DNA of 64,000 bases from a bacterium (GTDB lineage: Bacteria > Hydrothermota > UBA3073 > JACQXS01 > JAGMCI01). The stretch covers positions 7,246-71,245 of the forward strand of contig JASEGA010000003.1 in the NCBI GenBank assembly GCA_030018315.1. Reading direction: 5' to 3'. Made by a program: the position numbers and the translations under genes. This document shows, piece after piece, positions 28,431 to 36,994 of the stretch (within the stretch, counting starts at the first letter, position 1; each line of letters starts with the position of its first letter). The notes under the pieces were generated by a model. That model was given only the letters and a program-made list of their open reading frames with translations. It made no database searches and was not told the DNA's origin.

Positions 28431-28771
28431 AATTGATGTAAACTGAGTTCTTTATTCACTGTATTCCAATACAAGCAAGACAAATTGTAATTGCATTATT
28501 TAAAACCTCACTAATCTCCTGCCTGAAAATACCAATGATAAACACTGCAAAGAATAAAAGTAGTAAAAAGAAAGAAAATCTCCTTAAGACATGTCTTATT
28601 CTCATACTCATCTCTTAATTACATATTAAAATGCAAAATTATAAACCACAAGATTAACACAAGATTAATTCTTTCTCTCTTGTAAAAATCTGTGCAATCT
28701 GTGGTTTCTATTTGAATTTTGATTTGTCATTTTTATTTTTGATTTTTGATATTTGATATTAATTCCTACAT

Positions 28772-29500
28772 TTACCTAATTACAATTATTTTCTTTGTTA
28801 TACTGTTATCACCAGCTATAAGCTTACAGAAATATACACCGGACTCAACCTCATTCCCGGCTAAATCTGTACCATCCCAGGAAACAGCAGTGATTAGTGA
28901 TAAGTGGTTATCCGAAGGATCCTGTGGAGTGATAAGTGAGAAAGACTTAACTAATCTGCCAGTTAGGTCATAAATTTGTAGTGTAGGGGTTTGATTAATC
29001 AAACCCCTACCTAATCCCTGAGCCCTAATAACAGTTTTCTTCCTGAATGGATTAGGATAGACTTCTAATACCTCGTCATCCGGTATTCGGATTTCGGATT
29101 TTATCGTCTCTTCTACTCCCTGAGCATCAACCTTTATTAGATAAACATCAAACCCTCCTGCACCATATGAATGAGTCGCTCCAGCTATAATGTAGCCACT
29201 ATCTTTCGTCTGTGCTACTGAGTTGCCATAGTCATCATCGGTTCCACTGTATGTCTTTGTCCAGATTGTGTCACCAGTTGAATTTACCTTTATTAGATAA
29301 ACATTACCAAATCCTGCACCGAATGAGTAAGTATATCCAGTTATAATATAGCCACCATCCAATGTTTGTGCTACTGAATAGCCACGGTCAGAATCAGGCC
29401 CACCATATGTCTTTTCCCAGCCCGCTACTGCTATCTTGGATAAAAGTGGCAACCAAATTATAGCCACCACTGTCATAGCCTTAGCCATTAGTTTATACAT
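28772..29500 (-). CDS. Secreted beta-propeller repeat protein with T9SS C-terminal domain, interrupted in-frame by palindrome A
   Basis: Signal peptide. GYIIAGATHSYGAG repeats. CTD ...SWDGTDLAGNEVESGVYFCKL. Element A at 28983-29010 encodes GRGLINQTPT. Confidence 0.7.
   Translation of the reverse strand: MYKLMAKAMTVVAIIWLPLLSKIAVAGWEKTYGGPDSDRGYSVAQTLDGGYIITGYTYSFGAGFGNVYLIKVNSTGDTIWTKTYSGTDDDYGNSVAQTKDSGYIIAGATHSYGAGGFDVYLIKVDAQGVEETIKSEIRIPDDEVLEVYPNPFRKKTVIRAQGLGRGLINQTPTLQIYDLTGRLVKSFSLITPQDPSDNHLSLITAVSWDGTDLAGNEVESGVYFCKLIAGDNSITKKIIVIR
28983..29010. repeat. Palindromic element A (perfect) inside a CDS
   Basis: GTAGGGGTTTGATTAATCAAACCCCTAC. Confidence 0.85.
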
Positions 29501-29643
29501 CGTATTACCTCCTTCAGCATGACATAAATCAGAAATCCTAATTTCTAAATTCTAAACAAATCCCAATATCTAAATTCAAAACCCATTTTCTTTCATCTTT
29601 TGTTTTGGTCATTCGATATTGTTTAGGATTTAGAATTTCGTGC

Positions 29644-30102
29644 TTAGGATTTTTCATATACTTTCAAAATCTCTGTAATAACAGGTTTAAACTTTGTATT
29701 CTTAGCTATCTTGGTATTAAGTGGTTTCAAGCACAGTAAATAAGCTATTAAAAACACAAATCCACCTATTACACCAAAAGTTTCAGTCCCTATTATTCCC
29801 TTTACTACTCCAAACCCTATCCCAAAAGCAACTAATGGAAGGATAAAAAGTAAGAATGCAGAAAGCAAGGTGCTTTTAGGACTCGTCTCTATTCTCACTA
29901 ACTCATTAACCTTTATAAGTAGGGACACGCCATGGCGTGTCCCTACAACTGCCTCAACTACCATCTTATTTCCGTGAGGATTACAAAACATCCGCGCCGT
30001 ACACTTCTCACAAAAACCCTTAGGCTCAATCTCTACCTTAGCTAATTTTTCGCCAGAGGTGCAACCTCCTGATATCTCTATAACTCTACCTACTTCTTCC
30101 AT
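29644..30102 (-). CDS. RseC/MucC-family membrane protein with in-frame element C and element E
   Basis: N-terminal Cys-containing soluble domain and two TM helices. Element C at 29919-29946 encodes GTRHGVSL. Element E lies at 30055-30069. Confidence 0.45.
   Translation of the reverse strand: MEEVGRVIEISGGCTSGEKLAKVEIEPKGFCEKCTARMFCNPHGNKMVVEAVVGTRHGVSLLIKVNELVRIETSPKSTLLSAFLLFILPLVAFGIGFGVVKGIIGTETFGVIGGFVFLIAYLLCLKPLNTKIAKNTKFKPVITEILKVYEKS
29919..29946. repeat. Palindromic element C (perfect 28-bp palindrome GTAGGGACACGCCATGGCGTGTCCCTAC)
   Basis: Copies also at 37570-37595 and 54583-54610, all inside CDSs. Confidence 0.85.
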
Positions 30103-30162
30103 ATCGTTGAGTTATTATTTGCTAAATTCGCTATCATTAGGGTAATTTGTTCATATATAATC

Positions 30163-31374
30163 TTACTTTAGTGCAGTTCTAAGGTCATTTATTAAATCAT
30201 TTATATTTTCAATCCCTACCGATAGTCTCAACAGTGTATCTGTAATCCCCATTTGTATACGCTTTTCTACTGGTATTACTGCATGGCTCATTGTTGATGG
30301 ATGCTCAACAAGTGACTCAACTCCACCAAGACTCTCAGCAAGTGTGAAAACCTTAATCCTTTTAAGAAAACTCTTTACTTCATCAAGTCCGCCGCTAATT
30401 TCAAATGATACCATACCACTCATCCCCCTCATTTGCTTTTTAGCAAGCTTATATTGGGGATGTGAGGTTGCACCCTTCGCAGATTTAAGATACGGGAAAT
30501 AAACCTTTTTAACCTTTGGATGTGAGTTGAGAAACTCAGCTACCTTCATTGCATTGTTAAAATGAGCTTTCATCCTTACTGCAAGCGTTTTAAGTCCCCT
30601 CAAAACAAGCCATGAATCAAATGCTCCAGGCACTCCACCAACAGTACCTTGACAGAATTTCAATCTTTTGTAATGCTTTTCATTATTTGTTGTTATTGCA
30701 CCCCCTATTACATCACTGTGGCCACCAAGATATTTTGTTGTACTATGAACTACAATATCTATACCAAAATCAACAGGTGTCTGAAAGTATGGGGTTGCAA
30801 ATGTGTTATCAACTACAGTAATTAAGCCATATTTTTTACCTATCTTTGCTACAGCTTCGAGGTCAACAAGCCTCAGCAACGGATTTGTAGGTGTCTCAAC
30901 CCATATCAACTTGGTATTGGGTCTTATTTCTTTCACAACATTATCTAAATCAGTCGTATCAACAAAACTGAACTCAAGTCCATACTGTCTGAAAATATAT
31001 TCAAAAATTCTGTATGTGCCTCCATAGATATCCCAGGTTGAAATCACATGGTCACTAGCTTTTAAAAGATTCATCACAGTATTTATAGCCGCCATCCCAG
31101 ACGCAAATGCAAGCCCATATTTACAGTTCTCAAGACTTGCAATACACTCCTCAAGTGCCTTTCTTGTTGGATTTTGTATTCTACTATATTCATACCCTTT
31201 GTGTTTTCCTATACTCTCTGCCAGAGGTGCGACCTCTTGTGCATATGTAGAAGTCTGATAAATTGGGACCACAACAGAGCCTGTTGCCGGCTCTGGCTCC
31301 TGTCCTACATGAATAGCTCTTGTCTCAAACTCCATCATTGATGAGGTGCGACCTCGAGTAGACCGAGAATTCAT
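30163..31374 (-). CDS. PLP-dependent Cys/Met-metabolism enzyme (O-acetylhomoserine sulfhydrylase / cystathionine gamma-synthase family)
   Basis: STTKYLGGHSDVIGG lysine motif. Start set at the ATG preceded by GGAGGT (MNSRSTRG...). Confidence 0.85.
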   Translation of the reverse strand: MNSRSTRGRTSSMMEFETRAIHVGQEPEPATGSVVVPIYQTSTYAQEVAPLAESIGKHKGYEYSRIQNPTRKALEECIASLENCKYGLAFASGMAAINTVMNLLKASDHVISTWDIYGGTYRIFEYIFRQYGLEFSFVDTTDLDNVVKEIRPNTKLIWVETPTNPLLRLVDLEAVAKIGKKYGLITVVDNTFATPYFQTPVDFGIDIVVHSTTKYLGGHSDVIGGAITTNNEKHYKRLKFCQGTVGGVPGAFDSWLVLRGLKTLAVRMKAHFNNAMKVAEFLNSHPKVKKVYFPYLKSAKGATSHPQYKLAKKQMRGMSGMVSFEISGGLDEVKSFLKRIKVFTLAESLGGVESLVEHPSTMSHAVIPVEKRIQMGITDTLLRLSVGIENINDLINDLRTALK

Positions 31375-31382
31375 TTTACCTC

Positions 31383-32366
31383 CTACATAAATCCTTGTGC
31401 TTTCATCCAATCATCGTTAAAGATTTTACTCAAATACTTATGCCCGCTATCCGGTAAAATAGCAACTACAATTTGAGGTGATACCTCTTTTTCTTTTTCC
31501 AATTTTTTCGCCACTTCAATAGCTGCCCACACTGCTGCACCACTGGAGCCACCTGCAAAAATACCTTCCTCTTTTAAAAGTCGTCTTGTCATAATAAAAG
31601 AATCCTTATCCGATACCTGAATCATATCATCAATATACTCAAACTTCATAGTCTCACACAACATCTCCATACCTATGCCTTCAACAAGGTAAACTTTTGG
31701 CTCAATAAGTCTTTTATACTTAAAATAGTCACAATATACTGACCCGATAGGGTCTACACCAATTACTTTAATTTCCGGATTTTTCTCCTTTAGAAATTTG
31801 CCAACCCCTGAAATTGTACCACCTGTCCCAGCTCCTATAACTACATAATTAACTTTGCCATCAGTCTGTTCCCAAATTTCTGGTCCCGTAGTTTTATAGT
31901 GTGCTTCAACATTCTTCTCGTTGTGATATTGATTTATCAAGTAAGAATTGGGTGTTTTCTCAGCAATACGTTTAGCTACCTCATGATAAGACTCAGGTGA
32001 GTCAGGTGCAACATCAGTAGGGCAGACTATTACCTCTGCCCCAAATACTTTAAGTAAATCAATTTTCTCTTTACTCATCTTATCCGGGATAGTAAAAACT
32101 GCCTTGTACCCCTTAACAGCTGCATACATAGCTAAGCCAACACCTGTGTTGCCACTTGTATTCTCAACAATTGTGCCACCAGGCTTCAATAGGCCACACT
32201 TTTCAGCCTCCTCTACCATATAAATTGCCATCCTATCTTTCAGTGAACCACCGGGATTAAAGAACTCAAGTTTTGCTAAAACAGTCGCTTTTATACCACG
32301 AGTTACTCTATTCAATTTTATAAGCGGAGTATTACCTACAGTTTCTAAAATATTATTATACCACAT
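31383..32366 (-). CDS. Cysteine synthase / cystathionine beta-synthase-like PLP enzyme (paralog 1)
   Basis: Fold-type II PLP motifs (SVKDR, GNTG, GTGGT). Start taken at MWYNNILE, matching its paralog. Confidence 0.85.
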   Translation of the reverse strand: MWYNNILETVGNTPLIKLNRVTRGIKATVLAKLEFFNPGGSLKDRMAIYMVEEAEKCGLLKPGGTIVENTSGNTGVGLAMYAAVKGYKAVFTIPDKMSKEKIDLLKVFGAEVIVCPTDVAPDSPESYHEVAKRIAEKTPNSYLINQYHNEKNVEAHYKTTGPEIWEQTDGKVNYVVIGAGTGGTISGVGKFLKEKNPEIKVIGVDPIGSVYCDYFKYKRLIEPKVYLVEGIGMEMLCETMKFEYIDDMIQVSDKDSFIMTRRLLKEEGIFAGGSSGAAVWAAIEVAKKLEKEKEVSPQIVVAILPDSGHKYLSKIFNDDWMKAQGFM

Positions 32367-33331
32367 TAAATGAATCCTTTCTCTCTCATCCACTCATCAT
32401 TGAAAATCTTACTGAGATATCTGCTTCCACTATCCGTAAAAATAGTGATAACGACCTTATCACGAGGCAACCCCTTCGCTACTTTAAGTGTAGCACATGC
32501 CGCTGCTCCTGAAGCGCCTCCGACAAAGATTCCTTCCTCTCGTAATAACCTTCTTGCCATAAGAAATGCATCCTTATCAGAAACTTGAATTACATCGTCA
32601 ATTAGCTCAAATTTTAAAGTCCCAGGTAGTAGATGTTCACCAATCCCTTCCATCAGATAAACTTTAGGTTCTATAAATTTTCTATGCTTAGCCCAGTCAT
32701 AATATATTGAGCCTACCGGGTCTACACCTATCACTTTAATCTTTGGGTTCTTCTCTTTTAAAAATTTACTTACTCCCGAAATTGTGCCACCAGAGCCCAT
32801 ACCAATAACTACATAGTCGACTTTCCCTTCAGTCTGTTCCCAAATCTCTGGCCCTGTGGTTCTGTAGTGGGATTCAATATTTTTCTGGTTGTAGAACTCA
32901 TCTACTAAAAAAGCATTCCTCTCCTTAGCAATCCGCTTAGCAACTTCAAAATATGAATTAGGTGAATCCGGAGGAGTATCGAGTGGGCAAGCTATTACCT
33001 CTGCTCCAAGTGCTTTAAGTAAACCAATTTTTTCCTTACGTGTTTCATCAGGTATTGTAAAGATTGTCTTGTATCCTTTAACAGCTGCATATATGCCTAT
33101 ACTAATTCCTGCATTACCTGATGTGCTCTCAACAATAGTATCCCCTTGCTTCAAAAAAACCAACTTCTCAGCATCTTTAAGTATATAAAATGCCATCCTA
33201 TCTTTTACTGAGCCACCAGGGTTGAAGAATTCAAGCTTCGCTAAGATAGTAGCTTCTATACCACGAGTCACTCGATTCAATTTTACAAGTGGAGTATTAC
33301 CTACAGTCTCTAAAATATTATCATACCACAT
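32367..33331 (-). CDS. Cysteine synthase / CBS-like PLP enzyme (paralog 2, tandem duplicate)
   Basis: Roughly 60% identical to the downstream paralog by eye. Same motif set. Confidence 0.85.
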
Positions 33332-33383
33332 TACTCCTCCAGCTTCTTTATCTGTTCCTCTAACTCATAAATAAGTTCATTTC

Positions 33384-33662
33384 TTAGAGTAATCTAAAAT
33401 ACAACTGGCAAGCCCAAATCTTGCATCCTGAAAGCGTGCATTCACTATTTACTACCACTGACGCAGTATAATCTGGTATATCTGTTAATGCGGACCAGCC
33501 AAACACATTATTCCTACTCAGCGTACTTGTTGTAATAACCCCTTTCCCTGGAACATCAATCTGGACTGCTAATTCTCCCTCAATACAAATAAAGAACTCA
33601 CCACAAGAGCTACCTTCATCAACAATCTTGGTGCCCGCCTTGCAGCTCCTTTCAATTGCCAA
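33384..33662 (-). CDS. Cyclic-nucleotide-binding domain protein (short, stand-alone)
   Basis: GEFFICIEGELAV... is the cNMP-binding beta-roll signature. Only ~92 aa. Confidence 0.45.
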   Translation of the reverse strand: MAIERSCKAGTKIVDEGSSCGEFFICIEGELAVQIDVPGKGVITTSTLSRNNVFGWSALTDIPDYTASVVVNSECTLSGCKIWACQLYFRLL

Positions 33663-33741
33663 CTTTTCTACAGAATTTATCTCCTCAATAGATAGTTTTC
33701 AAATACTCTTGTCTTTTTAAGTAAGTCTGCTTATTTCATAT

Positions 33742-34776
33742 TTACCCTCCTTGCCATAGCTCCTCTTTTATTCTCAAAATATCATCTTTTTCAGGTTTGA
33801 ATGGAAAGTTTCTAATCTCATCCCCCGGTATTTCATTTGCATACGGTCTGTTGCAAGCAACCTGACCATCATTACCAGGGCAGCCAGCTGTCATAAATGG
33901 AATACCTGAATCAATAATCCTTGACAACTTATCCACAGGAAGTCCAAAATCTCTAACCCTTTCATCTTCATCAAACCCCATTTTCCAAAATGAAGAAATG
34001 CCCTCATCTATCAAATACCTTGCAATCTGTACTCGTCTGTATTGTCCAATTGGTGGTTGTGGAAAATTTGATAGCATAGAGTCTTTTTCTGGAAAGAATG
34101 AGAACAAGTGAGTCAGACCACCAATGTCATATACCTTTTGAATAGTAGCTACCATTTCTTTTTCAGTTTCACCTAATCCAACAATTAAATGCGACCCAAC
34201 CATGCGTTCCCCAAAGATTTCTACTGCCATATCAAAGCATTCCCAGTATCTATCCCACCTATGCGGTCCTTTGACATATTTACCTCTCAATCTTTCAAAT
34301 AGCATAGGTGTAGCCGCATCTATAGATATTCCAATACGGTCTGCACCACTATCTTTAAACGCTTTAAGGTCATCTTTGTTTAGTATAGTAGGTGCAATAA
34401 GTAAAGATATTGGAATATCCACTCTATTCTTGATAATTCCTGTAATCTTTACAATATCATTCTTTGCTCTTATATTTGTGACCATTGAGATACATATCCT
34501 CTTAACCCTTTCCTTTTTTTCTAATATACGCTCTATTATCTCATCTACTTTATAAGTAGGCCATTCTACTCTTATAAAACTTTTATTTTCATATTTGCCG
34601 TATCTACCCATAGAAAGGCCACAATAAGCACAGTTCCCTATGCAGCCTTCTTTATAGGTTAATAACAAGTTGATACAGTATAACTTTGCAGCCCGATAAA
34701 ACAGACCCGGCTTTAAATCTAAAGTTATCGCCGCCGCTGAACTCATCCTCAAGTATTCGGGACTCTCATTAATCAT
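33742..34776 (-). CDS. Radical SAM protein, biotin-synthase-related (LipS-type lipoyl synthase candidate)
   Basis: CIGNCAYC CxxxCxxC motif. BioB-like TIM-barrel length. Confidence 0.6.
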   Translation of the reverse strand: MINESPEYLRMSSAAAITLDLKPGLFYRAAKLYCINLLLTYKEGCIGNCAYCGLSMGRYGKYENKSFIRVEWPTYKVDEIIERILEKKERVKRICISMVTNIRAKNDIVKITGIIKNRVDIPISLLIAPTILNKDDLKAFKDSGADRIGISIDAATPMLFERLRGKYVKGPHRWDRYWECFDMAVEIFGERMVGSHLIVGLGETEKEMVATIQKVYDIGGLTHLFSFFPEKDSMLSNFPQPPIGQYRRVQIARYLIDEGISSFWKMGFDEDERVRDFGLPVDKLSRIIDSGIPFMTAGCPGNDGQVACNRPYANEIPGDEIRNFPFKPEKDDILRIKEELWQGG

Positions 34777-34780
34777 TGAT

Positions 34781-35773
34781 TTAGACTAATGTAGGGGTTT
34801 GATTAATCAAACCCACAATGAATGGGACTGAGCAACAAGTCTTTTGATATTGTATTTCTAATTCATACTCCTTTGCTTTTCTTATTGCTGCTTCTGACAC
34901 TAATGCGATTCTATTAAATCCATGCTCCACAGCTAATACATCAATCTTAGGGTTATTCCTTGGACGCGCACAGCCCAAAGCTATAGGAGTATTGGGCATT
35001 TTTATTCTAAGCGTTGCCATAATTTTAGCTATAGAGTTAAGGCTTGGTAACGCTATATTTTCCATAGGAGTTCCTAAAAGTGGCATCAACACAACTACAA
35101 CTACACAGGCTACCTTATATTTACTAACTATATTAATAGCTCTGTATTCACCTTTAATTTTGCCATAATGTAAACCAATTATGATATGAGGCACAATAGG
35201 AAGCCCAGCATTTTGTAATGCATCCAATGACTCTATTATCTTGTTTATGCCAAAATCCACATGATAGACCTTTTGCAATGTCTCATCGTCCCCTATTACA
35301 TCAATAAGGGCTTGGTCTACACCTGCATCTTTTAGTTGCACTGCTATCCCAGTGTCTATTATTCCACTATGTATTGAGATAAGTAGACTCGTTTTTTCTT
35401 TTATTTCTTTTATAGCAGGGATAAAATTAGCCCAAGGTAAACTGCCATCTTTTTGGCTTCCACCAGTAATCAGACACCCTATGTTACCATTTCTTTCTAA
35501 CTCTATGCATTTTCTTATTAGTTCAGCTGGTGTAGTCGCAAATATCATTGACTTAAGCATCTTTGAATTACAGTGGTCACAGGTAAGCTCACATTTATCA
35601 CCAGTTATTGATATAGCAGGATATTTACCCCATTCACTATCACATCTGAACATACCAGGGTGATAGAAAGTTATATTCTTGCCAAAGTTATGCCAAGATA
35701 GTTCTCTTGCTTTATTAAGCAAATCCGTTATTTCTACCTCGCCGTCGGGTAGGCGGATTTCGTCATTCGTCAT
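34781..35773 (-). CDS. Radical SAM protein, biotin-synthase-related (second LipS-type candidate) with C-terminal element A fusion
   Basis: CELTCDHC motif. Start taken at MTNDEIRL. The C-terminus ...FIVGLINQTPTLV* is supplied by element A at 34791-34815. Confidence 0.6.
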   Translation of the reverse strand: MTNDEIRLPDGEVEITDLLNKARELSWHNFGKNITFYHPGMFRCDSEWGKYPAISITGDKCELTCDHCNSKMLKSMIFATTPAELIRKCIELERNGNIGCLITGGSQKDGSLPWANFIPAIKEIKEKTSLLISIHSGIIDTGIAVQLKDAGVDQALIDVIGDDETLQKVYHVDFGINKIIESLDALQNAGLPIVPHIIIGLHYGKIKGEYRAINIVSKYKVACVVVVVLMPLLGTPMENIALPSLNSIAKIMATLRIKMPNTPIALGCARPRNNPKIDVLAVEHGFNRIALVSEAAIRKAKEYELEIQYQKTCCSVPFIVGLINQTPTLV

Positions 35774-36977
35774 TATAATACTCTTTAAATGCAACCCAGC
35801 ATTTCCTGACCACACTCCAAAAGTCATTGCGAGTCCCGACAAAGGGTGGGACGAAGCAATCTTCCATAAACTTCCTTTTTACACATGCACGTGTAAGTTC
35901 AGCACCGAATATTTTACGCCATTCGTGTTCATATTCTGATAGTATATCAAGATTACCTTCTCTTATTGACTTGGCAGCTACTCGACCTGCAATTTTGCCA
36001 CATATAACAGCTTGAGGTATTCCACCACCAGTTATAGGATGAGTCTGACCTGCAGCATCACCTACTAAAATTGTATTCTCCTTATATGTCCTCTTCAAAG
36101 GACCACCTACTGGAATTAATCCACCTGTAACTGAAAGTTGGCTACCCTTAAGTTTACCACCGCTCTTTAACTTATCAACAAAATATTCCAATAACTCACT
36201 CAATCTCTCTTGATTGCTAAGTTCAAGGCTAAAACCTTGAGTTACATCTTTTAAATTTGGAATTTGGAATTTGTAATTTGTATTTTGTTTTATTCCTATT
36301 CCTACATTTGCAATCTTACCTTTTGGAAACAGCCATCCATAACCACCAACAAATTTATGGTCAAAGTAGACTTCAGTCCAATCCATCACAGTTGTGAGTG
36401 GCATTTCATATTGCAAAGCAGTAACAAAAGTTGTATTAGTTTCACCTACCCAACTCCCAACTGTAGATTGTGGCCCATCAGCTCCAATTATCACTTTTGC
36501 ATAGAGTTCTAAGTTTTTACCGTTTTTCTTACCTGTCGGCAGACAAGTATTTACAATTATTCCATTCTTTGTTTTAGAAATACACAATGTATTAAGTAAT
36601 ACATCTACTCCAATATTTTGTGCCCTTTGTACTAATTCTTTATCAAAAATAGCTCTATTTAATATATACCCGGGGGATTGTGTCTCAAAACATTTTCCCA
36701 AAATGTCATTGCGAGTCACGACCTTTGTCGGGACGAAGCAATCGCCATCCACTATGTAAGTTTTCATTGAATTTATTTCCTGTGCAATACTATCAGCTGT
36801 AAATTTTACCTCTTGTGATAGTAATTTAGGTACAAACTCAGCACACTGGACAGGCTCACCTACAACCTTCCTCTTTTCAAGCAATAATACTTTTGTACCT
36901 AATTTAGATGCTTCATACGCAGCAGATGCTCCTGCAGGACCAGCACCTACAACCACTATATCATATCGTTTCGTCAT
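35763..36977 (-). CDS. FAD-dependent oxidoreductase, geranylgeranyl reductase family, with three in-frame repeat insertions
   Basis: VVVGAGPAGASAA Rossmann motif. V-family elements at 36705-36743 (GDCFVPTKVVTRND) and 35823-35861 (EDCFVPPFVGTRND). A hexamer repeat at 36256-36290. Confidence 0.8.
   Translation of the reverse strand: MTKRYDIVVVGAGPAGASAAYEASKLGTKVLLLEKRKVVGEPVQCAEFVPKLLSQEVKFTADSIAQEINSMKTYIVDGDCFVPTKVVTRNDILGKCFETQSPGYILNRAIFDKELVQRAQNIGVDVLLNTLCISKTKNGIIVNTCLPTGKKNGKNLELYAKVIIGADGPQSTVGSWVGETNTTFVTALQYEMPLTTVMDWTEVYFDHKFVGGYGWLFPKGKIANVGIGIKQNTNYKFQIPNLKDVTQGFSLELSNQERLSELLEYFVDKLKSGGKLKGSQLSVTGGLIPVGGPLKRTYKENTILVGDAAGQTHPITGGGIPQAVICGKIAGRVAAKSIREGNLDILSEYEHEWRKIFGAELTRACVKRKFMEDCFVPPFVGTRNDFWSVVRKCWVAFKEYYNDE
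35823..35861. repeat. V-family element GTCATTGCGAG-[hairpin]-CGAAGCAATC
   Basis: Copies at 35823-35861, 36705-36743, 38615-38656, 56234-56269 (reverse) and 61483-61508 (reverse). Confidence 0.75.
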
Positions 36978-36994
36978 TCGGCATTTGGATTTCG

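Noticed and set aside
28460-28612. Unlisted 50-codon hydrophobic ORF (MSMRIRHVLRRFSFFLLLLFFAVFIIGIF...) upstream of the napH-like gene
   Set aside because: Plausible small membrane protein, but it has no RBS, and the hydrophobicity could arise from AT-rich sequence alone.
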